Of a stretch of 64,000 bases of DNA, positions 28,657 through 38,601 are shown piece by piece. Source of the stretch: an uncultured Chloroflexia bacterium (GTDB taxonomy: Bacteria; Chloroflexota; Limnocylindria; Limnocylindrales; CSP1-4); contig CAVVYR010000006.1 of NCBI GenBank assembly GCA_963752475.1, forward strand, positions 416,001-480,000, given 5' to 3'. Position 1 is the stretch's first letter. Each line of letters opens with the position of its first letter. The position numbers and the translations under genes were made by a program. The notes beneath the pieces were generated by a model that was given only the letters and a program-made list of their open reading frames with translations, had not been told where the DNA came from and searched no databases.

Positions 28657-30138
28657 ATGCATGAGCCGCTCTACCGCCCGTCGCTGGCGACGCTCACCGA
28701 CCTCTATCAGCTGACGATGGCCGGTGCCTATCACGCCACGGGCCGTGATCGGGACGACGCCGTCTTCCACATGTTCTTCCGGCGCCCGCCGTTCGGCTCA
28801 GGCTTCACGCTGGCCGCGGGCCTCGGCGAGGTCATCCGCTTCCTGCGCACGTTCCATTACTCCGACGAAGACCTGGCCTACCTCTCCGACCTTCGGGGCA
28901 ACACCGGTGAGCCGCTCTTCTCCGCGGCCTTCATCGAGCACCTCTCGACGCTCGAGCCTGGCCTCGGCCTCGACCTCGATGCTGTGCCCGAGGGCACGGT
29001 CGTGTTCCCCTACGAGCCGCTGCTGCGCGTGCGCGGTCCGCTGCTCGCCGCCCAGATCGTCGAGACGGCCCTGCTCAACCTCATCAACTTCCCCACGCTC
29101 GTGGCCACCAATGCGGCTCGCGTCGTGCTCGCCGCCGGCGGGGATTCCGTGCTGGAGTTCGGCCTTCGGCGCGCGCAGGGGCCCGATGGCGGCCTGTCGG
29201 CCAGTCGGGCGGCCTACCTCGGCGGCTGCGAGGCCACCAGCAACGTGCTTGCGGGGCGGCTCTTCGGCATCCCTGTCCGGGGCACGCACGCGCACTCCTG
29301 GATCCTCTCGTTCTCGGACGAGCAGGAGGCCATGGACACGTGGGCCGAGGTGCAGCCCCAGAACACCATCCTGCTCGTTGACACGTTCGACACGCTCGAC
29401 GGGGTGCGGCGAGCCATCGAGACCGGCAAGCGCATGCGGGCCGATGGACGCGAGCTCGACGGCATCCGCCTCGACTCGGGCGACCTCGCGTACCTCTCGC
29501 GGGAGGCCCGAGGCCTGCTCGACGAGGCCGGCTTCCCGAACGCGCGCATCGTGGCCTCCAGCGACCTCGATCCCGAGACCATCGCCAGCCTCCGCGAGCA
29601 GGGCGCGGCCATCGACACCTGGGGTGTGGGCACGCGGCTCGTGACCGCCTACGAACAGCCGGCGCTCGGTGGCGTCTACAAGCTCGCGGCCGTGCGCCGG
29701 GGTCCCGAAGAGGACTGGCGCATGACGGTCAAGGTCAGCGCCGACCCCGACAAGACGACCGTGCCGGGCATCCTCGGCGCTCGACGCTACTACGACAGGG
29801 CCGGGCAGGCCGCGGCCGACATGATCCACGACACGGCGTCCGAGGACGAACCCGGCGACTCCGTGGTCGACCCGGTGAACCCGCGGCGGCGCAAGTCCAT
29901 CGACCCATCGTGGCGAGAGGAGGAGCTGCTCGTGCCGACGCTGCGTGGCGGCGACCTCGTGACCGAGCTGCCCGACCTCACCACCTCGCGGACCCGGGCG
30001 CAGGAGCAGCTGGCCAGCTTCCACCCCGGCGTGCTCCGACGGCTGAACCCGCACCGCTACCCGGCTGGGCTCGACGTGACCCTGCACCGCCGCCGCGAGG
30101 CACTCGTCGAAGCGGCCCTCGACAACGGGTCCGCCTAG
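28657..30138 (+). CDS. pncB: Nicotinate phosphoribosyltransferase
   Basis: LTDLYQLTM, LEFGLRRAQG, GTHAHSW, LLVDTFD, GIRLDSGDL, ALGGVYKL. Confidence 0.95.
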   Translation: MHEPLYRPSLATLTDLYQLTMAGAYHATGRDRDDAVFHMFFRRPPFGSGFTLAAGLGEVIRFLRTFHYSDEDLAYLSDLRGNTGEPLFSAAFIEHLSTLEPGLGLDLDAVPEGTVVFPYEPLLRVRGPLLAAQIVETALLNLINFPTLVATNAARVVLAAGGDSVLEFGLRRAQGPDGGLSASRAAYLGGCEATSNVLAGRLFGIPVRGTHAHSWILSFSDEQEAMDTWAEVQPQNTILLVDTFDTLDGVRRAIETGKRMRADGRELDGIRLDSGDLAYLSREARGLLDEAGFPNARIVASSDLDPETIASLREQGAAIDTWGVGTRLVTAYEQPALGGVYKLAAVRRGPEEDWRMTVKVSADPDKTTVPGILGARRYYDRAGQAAADMIHDTASEDEPGDSVVDPVNPRRRKSIDPSWREEELLVPTLRGGDLVTELPDLTTSRTRAQEQLASFHPGVLRRLNPHRYPAGLDVTLHRRREALVEAALDNGSA

Positions 30139-30252
30139 ACCCGTGGGCCCGTCGACCGGCGGCGCAAAGCCGGGTCCGGCGATATAGTGCCGGCGCCGAG
30201 GACGCGGTCGGCAGGAGAGCGCGCTCGAGCTGCTGACGAGGAGTGACCCCTG

Positions 30253-31956
30253 ATGCGATCACGCCGCGCAGCCATGCTCCTCGCCTTCGCCGTCATCTTC
30301 ACGGCAAGCCCCATCTCGGCCCAGGAGGACGTTGCGGAGTCGACATCGCCCGAGGCCGAGATCGCCTCGCCGGTCGCGGAGGTGGCCTCACCCGAGCCGG
30401 TCCTGCCGCCCAAGGACTTGGGTGGAGCCTGGCGCAGGACCGCCGCGGGCCCATTCGGTGCGAACGACCTTCCCGGTGGCTGGACGGGCAAGGAGCTCAT
30501 CATCGTCGACCCCGAAGGTCGGCGCCGGGCCGCCGCCTACCGACCGTCGCTCGACCGCTGGGAGACGCTCGCACGGCCGCCGCGCAAGATCATGGCCGGC
30601 AGCAAGGCGCAGTGGACCGGCAGCGAGCTCCTGTTCATCGAGCCCCGCGGGACCTCCGTGCGAGGTCTCACCGCGTACGATCCTGAAACGGACTCGTGGC
30701 GCACCACGGCTCCATCGCCCATCAACGAGATCGCCGCCTCCGTGTGGGCCGATGACGTCCTTGTCGTGTCGTCCGTGGACCGGTCACGAGCCGCCATCTA
30801 CGACCCTGACGGCGATCTGTGGGCCGAGCTGCCCCCGCTTTCGGGCGCCACCCCCGTCTCGTTGCACTGGACAGGGGAACAGGTGCTGGCCCTCGCGGCG
30901 ATGCTCGAGGAGGTGACCGAGGCCGATGCCGAGCCGGTGACCCGAGCCGAACCCGAGGAAGCCGACGAACCGAGCCTCGAGCCAGACCCCAGGGCGCTGG
31001 CGTTCGTGTCGCTCGACCTCGACGAGGACGAGTGGGGCGAGCTCTCCGTCGGCCCCCTCACCGAACTGGGTGCGCCCGAGCCGCTGTGGATCGGCGATAG
31101 GTTCGTGTTCCTCACTGGCGCTGGCACCGCCCCCGAGGACGGCGAGACGATCTCGGTGGACGCGGCCTACGACCCGGCCGCGGACACCTGGACCGAGGTC
31201 GAGAACTCCTGTGACATCGACACCACCGGTGCGGTCTGGACCGGCACGCACCTCCTCTCGATGGCCACGCTCACCGGCTGGAAGGCCAAGTCCGACCGAT
31301 GCCTCACCTTGCCGGCGTCGCCGTGGCCCGCACGCGCCGACTCGCTCCAGTTCTGGACCGGCACGGAGTCGATCGAGATGAGCGGCAGCAGCGGAAGGCA
31401 GCCACGAAGGGACGGCACCGCCTACGACCCGTTCGCCAAGTCAGGCGCCCACAGCGTCGCACTCGACAAGGGCTCGCGCCCTGTTCGTGTGCGCGTGCCA
31501 TCACTCGGGATCGACCTGCCGGTCGTCTGGGACGGACGGAAGATCCCCGGTGGCTCGGCCGGCTACCCAGCCTGCGACGTGGCCGAGCAGTGGTCGGCTT
31601 TCGGGCTCCCCGGCGAACCGGGCACGACCTGGATCCTGGCGCATGCCCAGTACGGCATGTTCCTGCCGCTGCTGAACACGCTGAACAACGGCGGCAAGCG
31701 AGCCCTGCTGGGTCGGAAGGTCGAGGTCCAGCTACGCGACGGGCGGCTGCTGACGTACCGCACGTACAAGGTCAACCCGAGGGCCAGGAACACGAACATC
31801 GGCACGAGGAACCTCAAGAAGAACGAGCATCGGCTGGTGCTGCAGACGAGCACCGGCGTCGGCTCGGCGCCCAAGCTGCTGGTGGCGGCGCGCCTCGTGG
31901 ATGCCACTACCACCGACGAGCCACGACCCAAGCCTGATCCACGCGCCTGCGGCTAG
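30253..31956 (+). CDS. Secreted Kelch-repeat protein fused to a sortase-like domain
   Basis: Signal peptide; repeated WTG.E...AYDP..D.W blades; C-terminal VRVPSLGIDLPVV...PGEPGTTWILAHA...LVLQTSTG...KLLVAARL. Confidence 0.75.
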   Translation: MRSRRAAMLLAFAVIFTASPISAQEDVAESTSPEAEIASPVAEVASPEPVLPPKDLGGAWRRTAAGPFGANDLPGGWTGKELIIVDPEGRRRAAAYRPSLDRWETLARPPRKIMAGSKAQWTGSELLFIEPRGTSVRGLTAYDPETDSWRTTAPSPINEIAASVWADDVLVVSSVDRSRAAIYDPDGDLWAELPPLSGATPVSLHWTGEQVLALAAMLEEVTEADAEPVTRAEPEEADEPSLEPDPRALAFVSLDLDEDEWGELSVGPLTELGAPEPLWIGDRFVFLTGAGTAPEDGETISVDAAYDPAADTWTEVENSCDIDTTGAVWTGTHLLSMATLTGWKAKSDRCLTLPASPWPARADSLQFWTGTESIEMSGSSGRQPRRDGTAYDPFAKSGAHSVALDKGSRPVRVRVPSLGIDLPVVWDGRKIPGGSAGYPACDVAEQWSAFGLPGEPGTTWILAHAQYGMFLPLLNTLNNGGKRALLGRKVEVQLRDGRLLTYRTYKVNPRARNTNIGTRNLKKNEHRLVLQTSTGVGSAPKLLVAARLVDATTTDEPRPKPDPRACG

Positions 31957-32081
31957 CACGGACGTCGTGCGATGGCGCGCGCGGAGGCGTGTTCGATCGG
32001 TGTGGCGGTGGATGTCCGCCACCGACCGACACGACCGCGTCGACGACGCGCCGGTGTCGGTCGAGCGTTGCCGAGAGCGAG

Positions 32082-33236
32082 CTAGCCCACGGAGATGGCT
32101 TCGAAGATCTCGGGATCCTCTTCACCCTGGATCATGACCATGCCCAGTGCGCCCTTGTCGAAGGTCCTCGCGAGTGCGTGATCGACCAAGACGATGGTGC
32201 TGGGGACCTGACCGACCAGCTCGACCACCGTGCCGCCCCCAGCGGGAACCAACGTGGTCTGCGACCCGCGCAGGGGCTCGTTCAGCAGCGCCGCTTCGGG
32301 ATACACGACGTCCCAGTGTGAGCCGATGGGGTGGAAGCTGGAGATGAGGTTGAGCCCCGCGTTGACGAAGTAGATCCGTGCCCTTTCGCCGACCTGCATG
32401 ACCGGCGCGTTGGCTCCGGTGAGTGCGCCCTTGGCGCCGTTGAAGACGACCATCGTGGGGTGCTCAGCGGTGATGGCGGCGCGGTCGGTCTCGACGAGGC
32501 CCGGTTCGGTCGACGTGGTGTAGTACTCCGACTGGACGATGTACCACTCGTGGTCCACGGCCGGCAGCGGCTCCGCCGGATCTACGAGGATGCCGCCGTA
32601 CATGCCACGCGAGATGTGCTCGGGCACGTCCGACATGGCGCAGTGATACATGAACATGCCCGGATACAGCAGTCGCGCCTCGATCACTGCGGTCATGCCC
32701 GGGACGACCGTGGTGTTGGCCGCACCGCCACCCTGGCCCGTCACGGCGTGGAAGTCGACGTTGTGGGGCATGGCATTGCCCTCGGGGTTGTGGATGGTGA
32801 AGCGCAACACATCACCGACGCGGGCACGGATCATCGGCCCGGGGGTGCCGGAGACGGTGTCGTCGCCAGGGATGCGATAGCCCCATGTCTCGTACTCGAC
32901 GCCGCTGGCGGGGTCGATGGCCGTGACCTGCTCGACGACCTCGAATTCGACCTCGACGATGGCCGGCTCCGCGCGTCCTGCCGGAGGAGGCACTCCAGGC
33001 GCGACCGAGACGTTGATCTCGTCGTCCGGCGCCAGCGGCAGCTCGGATTTCGGCACGAGGTCGGGTGTCACGCCCTCGATGGACTCTGCTCCGAGCACTG
33101 GCCCGACGCCGACGAGCGTCGACAGCAGCAGGGCTGCGAGCGAGACCGCGGCTGCCGGCATAGCGCGACGCCAGGAGCCGGTTCGAGCCCTTCGGACAGA
33201 TGTTCCTGGCTCCACTGCGTGGTGGGGATACCGCAT
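32082..33236 (-). CDS. nirK: Copper-containing nitrite reductase
   Basis: PGPMIRARVGD, MPHNVDFH, FMYHCA..VPEHISRGMYG, SSFHPIG, LVDH; signal peptide. Start may instead be 33161. Confidence 0.92.
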   Translation of the reverse strand: MRYPHHAVEPGTSVRRARTGSWRRAMPAAAVSLAALLLSTLVGVGPVLGAESIEGVTPDLVPKSELPLAPDDEINVSVAPGVPPPAGRAEPAIVEVEFEVVEQVTAIDPASGVEYETWGYRIPGDDTVSGTPGPMIRARVGDVLRFTIHNPEGNAMPHNVDFHAVTGQGGGAANTTVVPGMTAVIEARLLYPGMFMYHCAMSDVPEHISRGMYGGILVDPAEPLPAVDHEWYIVQSEYYTTSTEPGLVETDRAAITAEHPTMVVFNGAKGALTGANAPVMQVGERARIYFVNAGLNLISSFHPIGSHWDVVYPEAALLNEPLRGSQTTLVPAGGGTVVELVGQVPSTIVLVDHALARTFDKGALGMVMIQGEEDPEIFEAISVG

Positions 33237-33269
33237 CGAAGTGCCTCCAGACCGTGCTACGGTTTAGTC

Positions 33270-33300
33270 CAACGGTAAGTAACTTAGTGATGTATAACCC
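33270..33300. promoter_or_regulatory. AT-rich putative Rrf2/NsrR operator between divergent nirK and rrf2
   Basis: ACGGTAAGTAACTTAGTGATGTATAAC, with the inverted repeat TAAG-TAA-CTTA, in a high-GC background. Confidence 0.4.
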
Positions 33301-33351
33301 CTGTACGCTAGGGCCATTCGGCCTCTTCGATGGGGAAGGACCAAGGGACGG

Positions 33352-33795
33352 ATGCGACTCGAACTGACCCGCCGCGCCGACTACGCGATCCGGACCAGCA
33401 TCTGCCTCGCACGCGAGGGGAGTGGGCGCTTGGTCTCGGCGCCCCACATCGCCCGCCTCATGTCTGTGCCGCCACGGTTCCTGCCGCAGATCATGCAGGA
33501 TCTCGTTCGCGCCGGGATCGTGGAAGCCTCCCCGGGCCGTGGCGGGGGCTACCGGCTCACGAGGGCGCCGGGTGAGGTCACGCTCCTCGAGGTGATCGAG
33601 GCGGTCGAAGGCAACGTCCGGCGCCAGACCTGCGTGCTCCGAGCAGATGCTTGTGGAGCCGACCAGCCCTGTGGTGTCCACGACCTGTTCGCTGAGGCTC
33701 AGGATGCGCTGCTCGAGCGCTTCGCAGTGGCCACGGTCCGGGAGGCTGCCCGCGGCACCAGCGAGGCGGACGTCGCCCGTCGTGCTGATACGTGA
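33352..33795 (+). CDS. Rrf2-family Fe-S transcriptional regulator (NsrR/IscR-like)
   Basis: LTRRADYAIR, GRGGGYRL, VTLLEVIEAVEG, C-x6-C-x5-C-x2-H. Confidence 0.9.
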   Translation: MRLELTRRADYAIRTSICLAREGSGRLVSAPHIARLMSVPPRFLPQIMQDLVRAGIVEASPGRGGGYRLTRAPGEVTLLEVIEAVEGNVRRQTCVLRADACGADQPCGVHDLFAEAQDALLERFAVATVREAARGTSEADVARRADT

Positions 33796-33845
33796 GGCCC
33801 TCGTACTCGTACACACACACGCAGGCACGCCAAGGGAAGGGGAAG

Positions 33846-33921
33846 TGGTGGAGATGAGGGGACTCGAACCCCTGGCCTCTGCGATGCGAACGCAGCGCTC
33901 TTCCAGCTGAGCTACATCCCC
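33846..33921 (-). tRNA. tRNA-Ala (CGC)
   Basis: GGGGATGTAGCTCAGCTGGAAGAGCGCTGCGTTCGCATCGCAGAGGCCAGGGGTTCGAGTCCCCTCATCTCCACCA; 76 nt. Confidence 0.97.
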
Positions 33922-34052
33922 ACTGAGCGTGGCCCGCGGCCACCGGCTGGCGCAGTATACCGCTCGCTCGGCCGTTCGGCCCGAACCGCCCCTTCGGCGG
34001 TCCCAGCGTGGAGTAGCATCGAGATGACCCGTCCGCGTCGAGGAGTGTGCCC

Positions 34053-34778
34053 ATGTTCTGGTTCATCAGGTTCGCTTTCAAGCTGACCTGGCGGCTCGCG
34101 CTCATCGCGCTCGCCGGCGTGGCCGGTTTCGCCGTAGGCAGGTATCGACAGCTCAGCCATGAGCAGCAGACCTGGGGCGTGGATACTGCCGAAGCCGAGC
34201 GCGAGCTCCTCGGCGACGACATCGTAGAGGACCCGGTCGTGGTGGAGACGCGTGGGGTCGACATCGACGCGCCGCCCGAGGCGGTCTGGCCCTGGCTCGT
34301 GCAGATGGGCTACGGCCGCGCCGGCTGGTACAGCTTCGACCAGATCGACATGGATGGAAAGAGCGCGGAGGTCATCCTCGATGAGTTCCAGGAGCTGGCC
34401 GAGGGTGATCGCGTGCCTACACACCCGGGTGGCGGCTTCGAGGTCAGGACCTTGCGGCCCAACCAGGCGCTCGTGCTCTACCTCGACACCGAGCTCGTGA
34501 ACGCCACTGATGAAGCGGAGTCCACGCCGGTCGGGCTCCAGGGCGCAGGCGCCCTGGGCGAGGCGGCCATGTCCGAGTTCCGCGCGACGTGGGCGTTCAT
34601 CCTCGAGCCGGCACCCGGCGAGCGCACGCGGCTCATCGAGCGGATGCGCCTGTGGGCCGACGACTCCGGGCGACCGCAGCGGCTGGCCATGCCCTTCATG
34701 GGCCTGGGCGTCTTCGTCATGACTCGCAAGCACATGCTCGGCCTCAAGGAGCGAGCCGGGCGAGCCAGCAAGGGCTAG
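34053..34778 (+). CDS. SRPBCC-family protein
   Basis: TRGVDIDAPPEAVWPWLVQMGYGRAGWYSFD...TRLIER...MLGLKERA. Confidence 0.85.
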   Translation: MFWFIRFAFKLTWRLALIALAGVAGFAVGRYRQLSHEQQTWGVDTAEAERELLGDDIVEDPVVVETRGVDIDAPPEAVWPWLVQMGYGRAGWYSFDQIDMDGKSAEVILDEFQELAEGDRVPTHPGGGFEVRTLRPNQALVLYLDTELVNATDEAESTPVGLQGAGALGEAAMSEFRATWAFILEPAPGERTRLIERMRLWADDSGRPQRLAMPFMGLGVFVMTRKHMLGLKERAGRASKG

Positions 34779-34812
34779 GACAGCCCCGGCCACGCAGTAG
34801 AGGAGGCCAGCC

Positions 34813-35586
34813 ATGTTCCGGCTGATCAAGTTCACCTTCAAGATCTGGTTCGTCCTGCAGTTGATGGCCGTGGCCTTCAGCGCCGGCATGGGCGCCGCCT
34901 ACCTCGTGCAGATGCGAGCGCAGTACCGAAACTGGGGCGTCGTGCCCGGCGGCAACGACCGGGGCGTCAGCGGTGATGAGTTCGTGGCCGAGGCCGACCT
35001 CGTCGAGACCCGCTCCATCGACATCGACGTCGCGCCCGACCAGGTCTGGCCCTGGCTGGCACAGATGGGCTACGGCCGAGGCGGCTGGTACAGCTTCGCC
35101 GCCATCGATCGCGCCTGGACGCCTGCCGGCGGCCCGCCCTCGGATAGTGCCGACGCCATCCTCGAGGAGTTCCAGGACCTGGCCGAAGGCGATCTCGTGC
35201 CGACCCATCCGCAGGGTGGTTTCGAGGCCAGGATCGTGCAGCCCAACGAAGCGCTCGTGCTCCACCTCGATGACGCCATGGTCCGGGAGCAGGTGGACGA
35301 GCTCGTGGCCGAAGCTGCCGATGCGGTCGAGGAGCGCGGTGGCGAGGCCGACATCGACTTCGACATCAGCGACATGCCGCCGTATCGGGTCACGCTCGCC
35401 TTCGAGCTCGAGGAGTTGCCCGGTGGCCGTACCCGCCTCATCGAGCGTGTCCGCGCCAGCATCGAGGTCAGCGACAAGCAGAAGAAGGCTTGGCCGGTGC
35501 TGGCCATGGGTCTCTTCGTCTTCCTCAAGAGCCAGCTCGAGGGCATCAAGGAGCGTGCCGAGGGCGCCGTCGCCATCGACGCCTGA
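34813..35586 (+). CDS. SRPBCC-family protein (tandem paralogue)
   Basis: TRSIDIDVAPDQVWPWLAQMGYGRGGWYSF...TRLIER...LEGIKERAE. Confidence 0.85.
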   Translation: MFRLIKFTFKIWFVLQLMAVAFSAGMGAAYLVQMRAQYRNWGVVPGGNDRGVSGDEFVAEADLVETRSIDIDVAPDQVWPWLAQMGYGRGGWYSFAAIDRAWTPAGGPPSDSADAILEEFQDLAEGDLVPTHPQGGFEARIVQPNEALVLHLDDAMVREQVDELVAEAADAVEERGGEADIDFDISDMPPYRVTLAFELEELPGGRTRLIERVRASIEVSDKQKKAWPVLAMGLFVFLKSQLEGIKERAEGAVAIDA

Positions 35587-35616
35587 CCTGCGGCACTTCG
35601 CGACCTGACGCGTCTG

Positions 35617-36774
35617 TCAGGCACGCACCTCGCTGGGCGGGGGCTGGTGGCGTCCTCCGGAGATGGAGGAGCCACCCTGGGGAAGGCTGAACCAGAAGCG
35701 GGTCAGGCCGGAGCTCGACTCGGCCCCGACGCGGCCACCCCAGCCCTCGACGAGCTGCTTGACGATGGCCAGGCCGATGCCTACGCCGCCGCGTGCCCGG
35801 TCGCGTGACTTCTCGACGCGGTAGAAGCGCTCGAACAGGCGCGGCAGATCCTCGGCCGGGATCGACTCGCCGTTGTTGGTGACGCTCACGAGGACCGAAT
35901 CACCACGTTGTTCGGCCGCCAGGACGACGATGCCGCCCGGGGAGGCATAGCGCGCGGCGTTCTGCAGGAGATTCGCCAGCACCTGCGCGAACTGGTCGGG
36001 GTCGGCTACTGCCGGCAGCGGCTCGGCCCAACGACGCTCCAGGCGCAGGTGTCGGGACTCGAAGGTCGGCCGCGTCAGCTCGGCGGCAGCGCCCAGTAGC
36101 GTGGCCAGGTCGATCTCGACCGGGTGGGCTGTCTTGCTGGCCGCATCGCCGATGGCCAGGTCGTCGAGCAAGCGGGCCAGTCGGACGAGCCGTTCGGTCT
36201 CCTCGAGGAGTGACTCGTAGGTCGACCCGTCGGGCTCGATGACACCATCGCGGATGGCCTCGAGATAGCCTTCCAGGTTCGTCAGCGGGGTGCGCAGCTC
36301 GTGCGCGGTGTTGGCGATGATGTCGCGGCGCTGGCGCTCGCTCTCCTCCAGCTCGGCCGCCATCTGGTTGAACGAGTCGGCCAGGCTGGCCAGCTCATCG
36401 GGTGCGGCACGAGGGACGCGCGTGCTGAGATCGCCACCGGCCAGGCGTCGAGCGGCGGCTCCGATGTCGGCCAGGGGCCGGGCGATCATGCGCGAGAGCG
36501 CGACCGCCAGGATCACGCCGGCCACGACGGCGATGATCGTGGCCACCCAGAGGACGTCGCGGATGGAGTCGTCGAACATGGCGTAGGAGTCGGCGGCGGT
36601 CTCGCCGTGCTCCATCATCAGGTGGGCCAGGGCCTCGCTGCCGACGATGAGCACGCCGGCGGTGATGATGCCGACCGCGACGAGGGCGGAGCCGATGCCG
36701 ACGAGCGCGATACGCCAAGCCAGACCGCGGCCGAAGGCGGGACGGTGGCCCTCGGACTGCTTCGAGCCGCTCAA
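35617..36774 (-). CDS. HAMP sensor histidine kinase (BaeS-like)
   Basis: Two TM helices, HAMP domain, AHELRTPL, NLLQNA, FERFYRV..SRDR..GGVGIGLAI. Confidence 0.92.
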   Translation of the reverse strand: MSGSKQSEGHRPAFGRGLAWRIALVGIGSALVAVGIITAGVLIVGSEALAHLMMEHGETAADSYAMFDDSIRDVLWVATIIAVVAGVILAVALSRMIARPLADIGAAARRLAGGDLSTRVPRAAPDELASLADSFNQMAAELEESERQRRDIIANTAHELRTPLTNLEGYLEAIRDGVIEPDGSTYESLLEETERLVRLARLLDDLAIGDAASKTAHPVEIDLATLLGAAAELTRPTFESRHLRLERRWAEPLPAVADPDQFAQVLANLLQNAARYASPGGIVVLAAEQRGDSVLVSVTNNGESIPAEDLPRLFERFYRVEKSRDRARGGVGIGLAIVKQLVEGWGGRVGAESSSGLTRFWFSLPQGGSSISGGRHQPPPSEVRA

Positions 36775-36780
36775 GGGCCG

Positions 36781-37545
36781 CTAGGCCTCGGTCATCTGCG
36801 GCGCCGCACGGTAGCCGACGCCGCGGACGGTCATGACGTACAGCGGTCGCTCCGCGTCGTCGCCGAGCTTCTCGCGCAGGCGGCCGACGTGGACGTCGAT
36901 GGTGCGGTCGAGCACGTCGCCGTCGTCCGAGCCATAGACCGCATCGAGCAGTCGATCGCGGGTGAGGGCACGGCCATCGGCGGCCACGAGGGTGACCAGC
37001 AGCTTGAACTCGACCGGCGTGAGCGGGATGAGATCGCCATCACGACGAACCTCGTAGCGCTCGGTGTCGATGGTCAGGTCATTCTGGATCAGCGTGGTGG
37101 CCCTGGGTGCCGCGGTCGTGCCGGCAGCAGGCTGCTCGACGCGTCGCAGGACGGCCTTGACACGAACGACCAGCTCGGCCGGGCTGAAGGGCTTGGGCAG
37201 GTAGTCGTCGGCGCCCTTCTCGAGGCCGATGATGCGCTCGGGCAGGGAGCTGCGGGCGGTCAGCATCAACACCGGCACGTCGGAATCGGCGCGCAGCAGG
37301 CGCATGACCTCGTAGCCGTCCAGCTCGGGCAGCATGAGGTCGAGCACGATGAGCGCGGGATCCTTCGCTCGTGCCTGGCTGAGGGCCTCTCGGCCGTCGT
37401 AGGCGGTGATGACGGTGAAGCCTTCGCGCTCCAGGTAGGCGCGTACGAGGGCCACGATCTTGCGGTCGTCGTCGACGACCAGGATGGGCCGGGTCGTGGC
37501 GAACGACTCGGTGTTGGGCTGTGGGGTGGTCATCAGGCTGTCCAT
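36781..37545 (-). CDS. OmpR-family response regulator
   Basis: ILVVDDD, VLDLMLP, GADDYLPKPF, RTIDVHVGRLREKL, TVRGVGY. Confidence 0.93.
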   Translation of the reverse strand: MDSLMTTPQPNTESFATTRPILVVDDDRKIVALVRAYLEREGFTVITAYDGREALSQARAKDPALIVLDLMLPELDGYEVMRLLRADSDVPVLMLTARSSLPERIIGLEKGADDYLPKPFSPAELVVRVKAVLRRVEQPAAGTTAAPRATTLIQNDLTIDTERYEVRRDGDLIPLTPVEFKLLVTLVAADGRALTRDRLLDAVYGSDDGDVLDRTIDVHVGRLREKLGDDAERPLYVMTVRGVGYRAAPQMTEA

Positions 37546-37590
37546 GCTAGCGCCGCAGTCTCACGGGGTTGGGTGACAGCGACATGACGC

Positions 37591-37619
37591 TTGACCAAAT
37601 AGAACAGATGTTCTACTAT
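37591..37619 (+). promoter_or_regulatory. Sigma70-type promoter with LexA SOS box (imuA)
   Basis: TTGACC-17 nt-TACTAT, with GAACAGATGTTC at 37602-37613 between the hexamers. Confidence 0.9.
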
Positions 37620-37629
37620 CCGTCTGGCC

Positions 37630-38574
37630 ATGGAACGGTCCTCAGAGCCTCTCCGAAGTGCCCTTGCCACCCTCCAGACCCGCTGGGGCAGTGCTGCTGT
37701 CCGGCTGGGCGACGGCCGCCCGGCCGGGTCGGCGGCAGCAGCGGGTGGAGCGGCTCCGGCCGTCCATGGCGCCCTCGCCCTCGCGGCGCTCCCGGATTCC
37801 CACCCGGGGGCGTCGCAGCCCACCCCTGCAGTCCCGCCAGCGGGTGTCATCTCCACCGGCTTCCCCGCGCTGGATGCGGTCCTCGGACCGTCGGGGTTGC
37901 CGGTGGAGGCCAGCCTCGTCGTGCGTGGCGGCCCGTCCAGCGGCAAGACCACGCTGGCGCTGCGCTGCGCCGCTGAAGCGCAGTCGAGTGGTGACATCGT
38001 GGCCTGGCTGGACCTCGGTCGCGCCTTCGATCCGGTGGAGGCGGTCGGTCGGGGCGTGGACCTGCGCTGGCTGCTGGTCGTGCGTCCAGCGGGTGTACAA
38101 GAGGGCCTCAGCCTCGCCGGCGCGCTGTTGAGCGGACGCAGTGTGGGCCTACTGGTGGTGGATCTGCCCGCCCGGCTGCGTGGCCGGCTGGACGATCAGC
38201 TGCGTCGCCTGGTGGCGCATGCCCGCCGGGTCGGGGCTCGCCTCATCGTGCTGGAGCCACCCACCATCGCCGCTCCGCTGCAGGCGGCGCTGGCCGGCAG
38301 CACCAGCCTGCGTCTGGAGCTCGAGCGGCGGTCGTGGCTGCGCCTGGGACGGGACGTGGTCGGGCAGCGCACAGTCGTGGCCGTGGCCAAGAACCGCTTC
38401 GGGCCGCCGGGTCGCAGCGTGGACCTGGACATCCACTACCTCACCGACGGTGAGCGGTCACTGGCCACGCACCGGCTCATCGCGGATGAGGTCACCGGTG
38501 AGCCTGCGCCGGAGCCGGCCCCGCTCGAGCCGCGGCCGGTGGAGACACCGGCTCCCAGGCTGGTCGTGGTGTGA
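37630..38574 (+). CDS. imuA: ImuA/RecA-like protein
   Basis: ISTGFPALDAVLG, GGPSSGKTT, AWLD, LLVVD, VAKNRFGPPG; first gene of the SOS cassette. Confidence 0.8.
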   Translation: MERSSEPLRSALATLQTRWGSAAVRLGDGRPAGSAAAAGGAAPAVHGALALAALPDSHPGASQPTPAVPPAGVISTGFPALDAVLGPSGLPVEASLVVRGGPSSGKTTLALRCAAEAQSSGDIVAWLDLGRAFDPVEAVGRGVDLRWLLVVRPAGVQEGLSLAGALLSGRSVGLLVVDLPARLRGRLDDQLRRLVAHARRVGARLIVLEPPTIAAPLQAALAGSTSLRLELERRSWLRLGRDVVGQRTVVAVAKNRFGPPGRSVDLDIHYLTDGERSLATHRLIADEVTGEPAPEPAPLEPRPVETPAPRLVVV

Positions 38575-38601
38575 CCGCGGCTTCGTTGACGGACTCGAAC
38601 C

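Noticed and set aside
25895-33921. Two tRNA-Ala genes as attL/attR of an integrated element
   Set aside because: Both are complete, different isoacceptors (GGC and CGC). There is no integrase, and housekeeping genes lie between them.
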